Shown one piece after another: positions 20,063 to 31,413 of a DNA stretch of 33,523 nucleotides. Every line of letters starts with the position of its first letter. The first letter of the stretch is position 1. A program made the position numbers and the translations under genes. Origin of the DNA: Nemertoderma westbladi (taxonomy: Eukaryota; Animalia; Xenacoelomorpha). The notes beneath the pieces were generated by a model. The model saw only the letters and a program-made list of their open reading frames with translations, searched no databases and was not told where the DNA came from. The stretch covers positions 1-33,523 of the forward strand of contig JAUCBJ010006045.1 of NCBI GenBank assembly GCA_032718475.1, written 5' to 3'.

Positions 20063-23000
20063 TATATATAGAGCTGCCTTTAACTCCGCTCGAGGAACTT
20101 TCAACTTGTTGTTTATCAACGCCTTAGAGGTAACCAAGGCGACCTTGATTCCATCCGGAGTTTCAACTCTCAGGTAGGCTACTATACCTATTCCCATATC
20201 GCTGGCGTCTCCAAACACATGGAGTTCATAGGAATACGTAGGGAGAACATGACCAAAATATGAACGGGAAATTATAAAGTTCTCGATGGCTGGTAGAGAA
20301 TCTTCCCATTTCATCCACTTCTTTAATAATTCTCCCTTAAGTGGATCGTCCCATGAGTGGTTTTCAAGCCACATTTGTTGTACTAAACTCCGAGCAATCA
20401 ATATAACTGGGCTAATAAATCCCAATGGATCGAAATAAGTGCTCAGGATACTTAAACAAATCCGTTTAGTCCGAACTGGATTATCTCGCTGTTTTAGCTG
20501 GAAAAACAGGATATCTCTCTCTGTGTCCCATTTCAAACCAAGTATCTTGGTTTCTGGAAGATCATCTTTGATTAGATCTAGGTCTTTCGCTCCTCGATCT
20601 TCTACCGGGATCGACTCCAGAAACTCACGGGAGTTGCTGGTGAATTTAGTTAATCGAAATCCACCTCTTTTTAAGCACTCTACCGTTCCTTTAGCGACAT
20701 CAATGGCTTCTTCTACTGATGGAAGGGACTTTAGATTGTCGTCCATGTATATATCCCGTTTGATGTTGTCGATCACCTCTTTAGAGAAGGCTTCCCGGTT
20801 GTCATCCGCAGTGGTGCGCACCACTGAACAGGCGTTTGAAGGGCTTGAGATTATCCCAAAAGCCAGGATGGTCATCCAGTACTCCACCGGTTTCTGGTTG
20901 AGGTCTCCTTCAGGCCACGACAGAAATCGTAGGCTATCTCGATCCCTATCCAGCGCCTTGACTTGTAAGAACATGCCTTCTATATCTGAGGCGAAAGCGA
21001 TTGAATATTGTCGTAATCTTAAGAGTATTCCCAACAAGGATTGGAGTAAGTTGGGTCCGGGTAACAATTCGGAATTAAGGGATTGGCCCATGTAGAGGGC
21101 GGAGCCGTCAAACACTACTCGTACCTCATGGGGTTTACCGGGTTTGGGAACGTAATGGTGAGTTAAATAATACGTTCTCTCAGTTATAGGTGTTTCTTCC
21201 GGTACTCGCTCCGCATATCCCTTGCTAATAAATTTCTTCAACTGCGTTTGATACATTTCTTTAGCTGAAGAATTTGCCGTAAGGCGTCGATATAGTTGAG
21301 CAATTCTTTTCTCCGCCAAGGGTCTGTTGTTTATGAACTTTGGTTCTCGCTTTCGGAAAGGTAGACCGATTTCATATCTACCTTGATCTTTAAGAAAACG
21401 TGTGGTTGTCTCTTGGATCTGCTTGGCTCTTTCTTCTTCTACCGATAGGGCCTTATCGTAGGAATTGGGCTCTACAGCCTCTTGAGTAAAGAATCGTACG
21501 GCGTGTTCATCCCGAGTTTTGGCATTATAACGTTCAATGACGTCATTCAGTTCGTCGTTATAGTCGTCTCGTTCTGATGGACGAATGAGCTGACATAGGT
21601 TTACTTGGTTTTGCCAAGTCTCGTTTTCCTTAAGGAGATCAATGGTATTCTCCTCATCGAAGAGTTGGTGGACATCGTCATTATCTGAGGAGTATGGCGT
21701 TCCCTCAGTTGGATCGTCTACTTCACTACTCTCCACTTCCCATTCTCTTACTTGATATACCTGATCTTTCGGTAATCTTTCCATGAGAGTTCTACGGGAA
21801 GGGCCAGTAAAGTACCAACCCACTCTAGTTCTTCCCACATAAGCTTGTAGTGGTTGCGGTTGAGCAGGCCGTTTCTCCAATGTCTCGAGCGCTTCATGCG
21901 CATTTTGACCGATGAGTATTTGTACTCCAGGGTAATCGGTGTTGAATCTAGGTATTTCAAGCTGCTGGGTGAAATCGTCCTCATCCCAGTTATAAGGTTC
22001 CACTTGGCTGGTAGCGAAGTTCTTTATCGCTACCATTTTTACTGACCTTATGCTGTGTTCTCCTAGTTCATCCTGGGGGGTGGACAACGCGCCTACATAA
22101 TAATCCGCTATTATGGTAGATTTCCAAACCTGCATACTTCCTGACATGTTTAGCTTAGTTCGGAACTTGGGTTGTCCAGCAAAGATGTCTTCGGCTAGTT
22201 CTTTGTCGATGAATGTTCCTGTGCTACCGGAGTCAAGGAGGGCGTTCACTATATAACTCCTTTTAGGTCCGTGGACCCTTAACTGTACTACAGGAAATTC
22301 TCGGATTCCTACATTGGAAGTTGGTGCTTTCCAAGATGGTTGTCGGTCAGAAGTAGTTAGGGGGATCTCGCTGTCGGTGTCCTTTTCATACGTAAGTGCT
22401 CGATACACTGAGGTATTTATCATGTAACAGGATTCGTTTTCGTCGGAGAATTCGTCCGTATAGAATCCTTCCATCTCAGAACTTTGGTCAGTGTCGTTCA
22501 CATCATTGAATTGGACATGTAATTCGGAATCACTTACCTGACTCTGGCTGTTTCGCTCGAATTCAGTGTGCAACAAGATATGATGTTTCGCACCGCACTT
22601 TGCACACCTTGTGTCGGAGTAACAGGTTCGCCGTTGGTGTCCTTGTCTGAGGCAATTATAACACAACCGCTTATCCCATATGACTTCCCGTCTATCCGTT
22701 AATGATTTCTTTAGGAATTCATCACACACATTCAAACGGTGGGGCCCGTCACACAGCGCACATTTCGGCTTGATGTTGCTTACCTTATTTTGAGTAACGT
22801 TGTGCACACTCGTTCTTTCTTCGGGCTTTCTTACCTGAATTCTCTTAGGAGACGTAGGAGGGGTTTTTCTTACCTGTTCTCTCCTGTCATTGGTTCGAGA
22901 CCTGAATTTACTTACGTCTTTGGGCGTTTTGTTGACATAATAAGATCTCTCAGTGTCTTTCCCACTGTCCTCTCCTTGAGAAGCCTGGCTTTCGCCGTCG

Positions 23001-23404
23001 TCGGTATAACACACTGGTGTTACCTTTCTCCTAGAAACGGGTTTCTCACTTACCTTGTTTTCCGGTGTCTTCTCTCTGGACTGCTTTAGGAGCTGTAATT
23101 TCACTTCTCCACCTAAGAATGACATGAGATCAGCCATGGTAGGGTCTCGTCGTTGTTGTTCCATCATATATAACACTTTCTTATCCCAGCGTGTACCTAC
23201 TCCACCCTTCGGTAAAGTAGAGGCCACGGCTCCAATAACCATAGAACTTTGATATTCATGAGACTTACCTAGCCAATCTAATTGTCTACAGATCTCCTGA
23301 ATCTCATCGGAAAACTCTATAATCCCGCTGCTAATGAATTTTCGAGGCGCTACCAATTTTGCATACAAATACCTATTATTATTATATATTATTCCTATTA
23401 CCAT
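19958..23404 (-). pseudogene. BEL/Pao polyprotein fragment 2: gag zinc knuckles, aspartic protease, RT and start of RNase H
   Basis: CALCDGPHRLNVC, CYNCLRQGHQRRTC and CAKCGAKHHILLH; ALLDSGS; RVVFDGS, DIEGMFLQV, FGIISSP and YMDD; LHVFGDAS and VPRAELKAA. A +4 frameshift lies at 20063-20070. Confidence 0.93.
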
Positions 23405-26039
23405 ACCTGATGTTTAGGGTATCCCAAACTTGTCTTAATCCATCGGGATGTCCAATAAACTTTAACGCCATTAACTTGGGAGATCCTTCCAAGCACTCGA
23501 TGAGGAATCTAAGTTTCTCTCCGTTTGATAGCACAGAGTTCTGTATGTTATCTTTGTAATATTCATTAAAAGGTAACCATTTCATCTCATCTCCATTGAA
23601 CTTGACGATCTCTCCCACCTTTACCGCTTGACGGGCTTCGGTTCTAGCCATTTGACGCGTAAAACTTTCTTGGGCCATCGTGTTATTTAATATCGAGTTA
23701 TCGGTATATAAATTTCTCGGATTATTATCAAGTCTATATGGGATATCATCGTCAACAGGTTTATAATTACCCTTAATAGGGTTTACTATAGGAGTTTCCA
23801 CTTCGCTAGCAGTATAGATGCGTGTAGGCTCCACACCTTGCGCATGAAATACTTCAGACCTAACAGGTTGACACATTGTTACATTGGGTGGTGGTATACC
23901 CTTTTGTGTATTTACTAATTTATCGCGTTCTAACGCGATACTTTGCTGCACTTCTTGCAACTCTAACCTACTCTCTCTAATTGTTCCCTTTAACTGCTGC
24001 ACAGTCCCCTCCATCTCCTGGACTTGCTGAGAGGAGCGGGAACAGTGTTCCCTCAGCTGCCCGAGCAGGAGACCCATCTCCCGTCGTCCCTCATCTACCC
24101 ACTCGACCGCCGAAGCGGGAGGCGCCAACGTTGTAGCGGGCGGACGAGGGACAACGGGCGACAAATCATTAATATTTCGCTCGGAGTCCAGGACATGAAC
24201 ATTTTCAAGGGTGGTTCTGTGGGGCACAGGTAGCTTAGTGCTGTGCAGAGGGAATTTAGAGGTAGGTTCAGGGAGTACAGGTGTCTCTATCACCGAAGGG
24301 GTGGCTTCGAGAACAGGCCTAATTATTTCAGGCTCATCTACTATAGTAGGGAGTCTTTCTATGTTAATTATTTGGTCTGTGGGTTCTGTACTACCTAAGT
24401 TTGTGTTAGTTAGTTGCCTTCTAACAGCTGGGGGCAAATCAGGCAATTTCTGTTGGTGGGACATTCTTCTACGTCTGCTTAGACGAGATCTATTTCCTCC
24501 GCCTTCAGGATCGGTGGTATCGCCTTCCTCAGATGATGTATATCCCTGTCTTTTGGGAGTTGATCGACTTATCATCTGCATTTGACTAGCTGTTAACTGT
24601 TTATTTATGCAGTCTTGATTCTCCTGAATGTTTTCCAATTCTAGTTGGGCGGTTTCTTCAGACGCTCTCCGTTCTGCTTCTGCCACTGCCTCTGCCGATG
24701 CCACTGCCGCCTTTCTTTCCGCTTCGGCCGCTGCCACTGCCGCCTTTCTTTCCGCTTCGGCCGCTGCCGCTTTTCTTTCCGCTTCTACCTCTGCCACTGC
24801 CGCTGCTGCTGCCGCTTTTCTTTCCGCTTCTGCCGCTGCCACTGCTGCTGCCACTGCCGCTGTCTTTCTGTCTTCTATACGTTTTTTCTTTACTTGTTCT
24901 TCTTGGACTCTAGCGATGCGGAGGCGTTCATCAAATTTAGCTTGGTTCGCAGCTCTCATATCCGCATCGATTGCGTCCAACACAAGCTTGGCTCCTTCAC
25001 TATTACGGCTAAGTCCTTCCAGCCTTCTCCTCAACTCTTCATCACCTACAAAGCGTTGATAGTCTGACAGATAGATGTCAATAGCATCCCTCTTATGCGG
25101 TTTCTCTGCTGTCGCTTCACTTTCCACTTGGGAAAAGGTAGCGTCTGTTGATTCTCCATGGGTTGAGCGCTCATCCAACTGAGATTTCCACGGGGCAGTT
25201 CTTTGAACTTGGAGACTCACCCACTGTAACCAAGTCTTTACGGCAACTTGCAACGATGTGTCTTGTCTTCTTTTCGAAGCCTCCTCAAAGGCAGATAAGA
25301 TTAGTCTGATTCTTAGAATTCTTTCTCTAACTTGATAAAGCAGCTCTCCCTGCTCTTGAGGTCCTTGGGGTTGTCGAAACAATTGTTCCTCTAATCGCTC
25401 CATAGAGCTGAAGAATCCCTGCACGTATCCGGCTGCTGACCTCTTCCATACAGCTGGATCGCTGGTTTCTTTTGTCACTCCCATCCTGTGTATGTCTTCC
25501 CAGGCAGCTTCCGATAAGTCAAACGGGAGTCCGGGTCCGGGGAAGTTCCATTGCGACTCGACAATAGACTTCAGTTCTTCCCTTGTATATCCCGCATAAC
25601 TATCCTTTGTCGATCGCTTACTTCTCGCCCAATCAATCTGGTGTTCCTCCACCGCAATCAATACCCTAGTGAGTACGGCTGCAGGAAGGATGAGAAGGGG
25701 ATCCAAATAAACCGCATCTGCCATCTTAGCTCCGCGCTCGGGTGTCAGCTCTACGGTATCCGCACTACTGGAGCTGTCGGGCCGCTGAGAAATAAGTTCT
25801 CGGCTAGAGTGTTGCTGCTGTTCCGCTGCTTCTTGGTCCCGCTTGACCTGAGCTCGAGTGCCTATGATAGACCTACGGTGTTGGACTAGCCTAGGGTCTG
25901 ATATTACTACTGGAGGGATGATCTTTCTTACAGTAGGAGGTGAATTGAACTTCGGTCTCACACGTTCCACACTCCTGTCTGGGTCACAGATGGTTGTATC
26001 TAGGAGACTGTCTGATAGGTTTTGCTTTGTGTCAGACAT
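23382..26039 (-). pseudogene. BEL/Pao polyprotein fragment 1: long N-terminal extension and start of gag (DUF1759)
   Basis: Ends in IVKFNGDEMKWLPFNEYY...LSNGEKLRFLIECLEG...VWDTLNIRYGN (DUF1759-like). Contains an AAAEAERK coiled-coil repeat. Broken by a 22-nt insertion at 23372-23393. Confidence 0.85.
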
Positions 26040-26183
26040 GTTTGTTGGTACAGTTGAATGCCTACTGCTATATTACAGTTTAAGCAAGTCTAGTAATTCA
26101 ATGTCACCGTTAGCCTAGTAATTCTTGTAATTAATTACCGATACTGTTACTCAGTGTAACGTGATATATATATAATATATTAG

Positions 26184-26437
26184 AATACCGGTATGCTTAT
26201 AGTATATATATAAGTATTATTACAGACTAGGTTTGTCACAGAATACCGGTATATAATTTCAGCGCAAATATATATAAATATATGATAGGCCTATCGTAAA
26301 TACCGGTATACAGCTTACACTTATAATGTATATATATAAGTATAATTACAGACTAGAATTAATTACAGAATACCGGTATATAATTTAGCCTAAATTTATA
26401 GAAATAAATATAATAAGCCTAGTGTAAATACCGGTAT
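26184..26437. repeat. Degenerate tandem repeat of about 58 bp anchored on AATACCGGTAT (5 copies)
   Basis: The motif occurs at 26184, 26242, 26299, 26369 and 26427. Alternate units share TATATAAGTAT.ATTACAGACTAG, giving a dimer of about 128 bp. Confidence 0.75.
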
Positions 26438-27381
26438 GTCAATTATTTTAGAATAATTGAATTTCTGAATTTTAGGGGTTACTTGGTTACTTTAACTTAC
26501 TTTATTACTGTTATTTAAGCAGTAGTCCAACTGATGTTGAGACCTAATTGTTGTATGGCAGGCCTACTATTTTATAAATCGGTTTGAGTTGATTTATAAT
26601 ATATATATACCCGTATAATGGGTTTTGTCAATGTTTGAAATAAATGTTATTATTTCTGGGAAGGAGTCACTACACAGAAGCTGTACGCTCTCAGTGAAGT
26701 GCTACTTGTTGGACACTAAAACAAATAATTATAATTTACCTAAGTTACTTAATACTACAAATTACTTACAATTCGGGGTGAGATTACAATCTCTAAATAA
26801 ACACAAAAATTACACGTACGAATTTTTAGGGTAATTTTACAAGAAGTCTACAAACCAGCCTAACAAAGGGTTAGAATATCTGGTTATTTCAAACGGACAG
26901 GATACTACGGTGTTTGAAAATAATAAAGCAGTAGTAAATATACTGCGTTGTCCAGATAGGAAAAATACCACCGTCTGACGACTTATAGCCGTATCGCTAT
27001 AAGTACTACGTTATGTATCACGGAGTGTTCCTACCTAGAAGTTAATTACCGCGGTCTACCAGAACCAACGTGCCTATTAACCACTTTACAACACAAATAT
27101 ACTGCCTACACACTAATTACCTTCGGAAAGCACTGTACACTAAACCCTAAATTAGGTACAAGTACTCATACAACCAATAATCAGTAGTTAAAATACTTGA
27201 ACAGCTAAAAGAACCACGGTATCTGCTGGAGTGATCGGGGCACAAAATCACCAGTCTTTACCTACGCCAAGCAGCCCTGATGTAGTAGCGGGGTTAATTT
27301 AACTATAACGGTATGTATAACAAGCACAATTACTGTAGGAATAAACTTGGGGTTTTGAATGTTGCGAATAATCGCATAAAC

Positions 27382-27963
27382 TCTGAATAATAAATATTAC
27401 GCTACGCGTACAGACTACTCAAACAAAATGCAGACCAAATACTGACAGACTACTATCAAGCCTAAACAAACTATGGTATATGCAGACTCCGAAATGGTTA
27501 GTTAGTATGCGTTCTAACCGAGTAGTACGACTTATTCTTTCGAGGGGGTTTACCTCACAGCACTGGAAGCCCCTACGTTCACAACTGGCACTTTATCGGA
27601 CATACACTCTACACACACCGCAATCTCTTCAGACCTAACAACAGCTAGACAACAATCCAGCCTACAAATTATCTGAATAAGAAATATTACGCTACCCGTA
27701 CAGACTACACATACAAAATACAGACAAAACGCTGGCAGACTACTATCAAGCCTAAACAAACTACAGTATATGCAGACTCCGAAATGGTTAGTTAGTATGC
27801 GTTCTAACCGAGTAGTACGACTTATTCTTTCGAGGGGGTTTACCTCACAGCACTGGAAGCCCCTACTTTCCTAACTAGTACTTTTTCGGACATACGCTCT
27901 ACACACACTACAATCTCTTCAGACTTAACAACAGTCAGACAACAGTCCAGCCTACAAATTATC
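27382..27963. repeat. 290-bp tandem duplication (2 copies) with an invariant 101-bp core
   Basis: Copies start at 27382 and 27672 with no indels. The core at 27476-27576 is identical to 27766-27866, with about 24 substitutions in the flanks. Confidence 0.95.
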
Positions 27964-29141
27964 CGTATAATCTGGGCAGGCTTACACGTCTTCGCTCAAT
28001 ATTAACCTACAAGTAAATAAAACTGACAGAAAAAAGTAAGCTCCAAAAGAAACAAGGGGTGTACAGTCCCTAATCTCTTAAACAGCCTACCGGTATACAA
28101 TATCACAATCGAATAATACTGCTGTACCTGTACTGCTGCAAGTACCGGTCCGGGTGGTTAGGTAGTTAGGCCTACTGGGTACCGGTTGACCGGTACTTCA
28201 GCTTTATTGCCTACTGCAATACAGAAGCAATATCTGTTATTGTTCTTACCAGAACAATAGACAACTATATTTTCTGATTGTACGTATATATCTGTTATTG
28301 TTCGCGCTTTCAGACCTTTAGCAGTTTAACCTGCCAAATTGGGATGTCTTCTAGATAATAGATCGTCTTTAGCCTATGACAAGTATTTGATACACTACAT
28401 TAGCCGAAGCCAGTCTATGCGCGATCATTCACCCGCTGGATATACCCGGGAGACTGGATTCGGAAGCCTAACCGTATTGCGGTGTAGGCCTACTGTATTA
28501 TTCGACTGGTCGTAATATATAATCTCTGACAAATATTATTCACTTTCGGGAAATATTAACAGTTCCTTTAGGACGTGGCGCTCTAAATATGTAAACAGAG
28601 TTATGACTTAAACTAGACACAACGGGATGGCTATAGATTCACGTATATGGCGCATTCTTTAGGAGATGCTTTGTTATCAGTCACAATCATACACAATACT
28701 GCACAATGCTGCACACTGATCTGCCGACCTTCACTAATTTTAGTCACATATAAAGAGAACAACAGCCAATACATGTAGTGCCTATGAAATAGCATTAGAT
28801 TCACTTCAAAACCACTTTAATGTAAGTCGCAATCGTTATATGTAACCGGTCTCTCTTACCTTCAGTATATCAAGAAGATTGAGGGTTTGTAATTATTTAT
28901 CGGTATTCCAAATATAATAATATTCCATCAACAGATATAATGAATAACCGACAGTAAATAGCAGTAAAATGTTAAGTTAAGTTTGATTGCTATATTTAGT
29001 GAGTTATGATATGATTTGTGAGATTGGAGTTATGATAACAGATATACGTTCTATAATTAAGCCTACTAATGTTGGGCTAAAGACTGAAAACACAGAGATT
29101 CCAAAAGCCGGTCTTCTGAGCTCAGGACAAAATGTAAACAT

Positions 29142-29210
29142 TGACCCATAATGCATTGCGCGATTTCCCGGAGGTTTCTGTACAAAAAGCAGGAGAATCG
29201 CTCTGATTGG
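29142..29210. promoter_or_regulatory. Promoter-like motif cluster: Staf/ZNF143-type site, TTTCCCGG and a reverse CCAAT box
   Basis: TGACCCATAATGCATTGCG matches 18/19 positions of the Staf consensus YYWCCCRNMATSCMYYRCR. TTTCCCGG is at 29164-29171 and CTGATTGG at 29203-29210. Confidence 0.35.
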
Positions 29211-30448
29211 TTGACCTAACAAAGAAACACCAGAGAACAAGGAAAAAGCTACACGTGTACAGCTCAGCTGTTAGCTGTCGTCATAGTAACTACACTGTTT
29301 CAAGAGGATCTAGCGCATTGCGTCATAGAATTGCTAATTATGTCCGCTAAAGTACACATACAGAAGAAATGGCTTTTCTGTCCTCTAAAACACCAGTACA
29401 GTAAGGACACGGCCTTTTTTGCCTGTTAAACCAACTACAGAGTACTTTGCGGGGAAAATAACCGGCTAATTCCGCAAAAGCTTTTACAATTTTTGTGTGG
29501 TATTGTCAAATAAATTACAATAGTTTTTGAGTTATTTAAAAAAAATCAAGTCTCCCCTAAAGTCAAGTCTCCCTACTCACACCCTACTAACCTGCATACA
29601 AGTAGAAGTAGGTGTAGGTGTGCAGGCGTATGTGTAGGCGCTAGGCGCAGCGTTCACCCCCTATATTAACACAAAAAATATGCTGCCTAAACCAAATTTA
29701 TTATACAGGATAGTGTATAGAACGAATATAATCTCACTCTCTGTTACTGTATCCGCTCCAGGCGCGACATCCAGGATCCAGAATCAATAAATTATGAGAC
29801 ACAAGGATAAAACATTTAACATTATTGTGTTTTTAATAGTAGGCTTACGTGGCTTAATAATTGTCAGATTGCGTCATCTAATTCGTTCTTTGTGATTCAC
29901 TGCATCTGTAGTCGAAGTTAATATGAATAACTTCTCGAAATGTTATCTCGGTTATCTGTATCTCTAAACATAGCCTATCACCCTATTACACAGCGTTACT
30001 CAGTGTTGTCTTGTTGCTGGGTTGCAGTTGATACAGTAGGCCTATGTTACTTTGGAATTCAGGCAACTGGTATAGAATATGAATACTCAGAAAATAGATC
30101 AGAAATAATCACAGGCTGACAAGAGCATCGTCCTTCGCCACGTCTGCTTAGTAACTACCAGACTACAGTACGGTCAGACGGTAAGTCTACCGTTCTGCCC
30201 TCCCATCTCCCATCTCTGCATCTGCTGTGCTATGCCCTCCGGCCTACATCAGTACATTCAGACAGTCGGATTGCTGGACTGTATTGCATAGGCCAGTGCC
30301 AGTCTGCCAGTGGCAGTACAGCAGTAGGCCTACTGCAGTAGGTGTAGCAGTTCGCTGTACGCAGGTACGTACCGTTCCACTGTCTGATTGTCAATCTGTC
30401 AATTGTACGTCGTCAATTGACTGTTTTTAAATGCAGATGTGATCAAAT

Positions 30449-30772
30449 GCGAGCGTAGCGAGCACGAAAATTTTAACATTTCAGCATTTAAAGTAGGCAA
30501 ACCGCCTGTTTTCAAATGCAGAAATGCAGATGTCATTAAATTGCGAGTTGGCGAGCGTAGCGAGCGTAGCGAGCACGGAAATTCTGCTGAATCATGCAGG
30601 CAGGCAGGCTGTCATGGTTTTATTGGTTTGAAGAATCTGACAATTGAAAAACTTTTGAAACAAGTCATGTTTTTAATGCAGTAATGGTCATGCCCAATCT
30701 GTCCGTTTTCATTTGTCCACAGCCAGACAGTGCTAAGAGTAGGCTTACAGTATAAACGCGAGCGAAGCGAGC
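30449..30772 (+). repeat. Dispersed GCGAGCG(T/A)AGCGAGC motifs (probable repeat-element remnant)
   Basis: Copies at 30449-30463, 30551-30574 (extended) and 30758-30772. Confidence 0.7.
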
Positions 30773-30902
30773 GGACATTTTTCAATCTTTTTAAACCTAC
30801 AGAGGACAGACCTATGGAATAATTTCAAATATAGCTGTAGAGTGGGATGTGTTGCCAGTGCACTGCTACGCTACATCCTACACTAAACCCTACATCCATA
30901 TT

Positions 30903-31024
30903 CGCGCCAGGACCGCCAGGATCCTCAATGCGCGCCACACGCCCCTGTCACTACGCGCCAGGATCCTTAATCCGCGCCACACGCCCCTGTCACTATGCGC
31001 CAGGATCCTTAATCCGCGCCACAC
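30903..31024. repeat. 42-bp CpG-rich tandem repeat, about 2.7 copies
   Basis: Unit CGCGCCAGGATCCTTAATCCGCGCCACACGCCCCTGTCACTA, with GGATCC at 30919, 30961 and 31003. Confidence 0.92.
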
Positions 31025-31413
31025 ATGTTGAGCAAACTCCAGAACTCTTCATAAATTCCAACCTGGCATGCATGGGATACAGAACAGGGATATCTGCCTG
31101 TCTGGCTGGATATCACAAGCCTGCAAGCTGTCAAGTATCACTCATTTGCATTTACCATTATTTGCGGAATTGCGGTAATGACAACACTCTACCTTAATTT
31201 ATATTTTTTATTTTAAAACCAATACCGGTACCGGTATGCCGGTAGCCAAAAAGTTTGTATGCACGAATTTTTAACTTTATTTTCATATTGTGTAAAAAAT
31301 TGAATTACTTCGAAATTTCAAACCTGCAAACTGTCATACGGTAGGTAGGCTACCGTACTGTTGTACTGCTGCTGTACCGGTACTGGTTCGGTTTCGGGAA
31401 TCCTTTTGATTTG

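Larger units (their letters stand above)
17357..26039 (-). mobile_element. BEL/Pao LTR retrotransposon, inactivated (the 5' leader probably extends to about 28 kb; no 5' LTR seen)
   Basis: Domain order gag (DUF1759 plus 3 Cys-His knuckles), protease, RT, RNase H, integrase and a DUF5641-like tail, characteristic of Belpaoviridae. Confidence 0.93.

Noticed and set aside
20439-25889. Plus-strand ORFs antisense to the BEL polyprotein (likewise antisense ORFs within the LINE, TXNDC16-like and UBE3A exons)
   Set aside because: These are shadow ORFs of real coding sequence or of the Ala-rich repeat.
27476-27576. Hammerhead ribozyme (CTGTGAGG...CCTCGAAA on the minus strand)
   Set aside because: It lacks the CUGANGA core and a properly placed NUH cleavage site with stems I and III.
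29545-29587. MITE end (TCAAGTCTCCC twice, then CACCCTA)
   Set aside because: It looks like one TIR, but no matching inverted partner was found.
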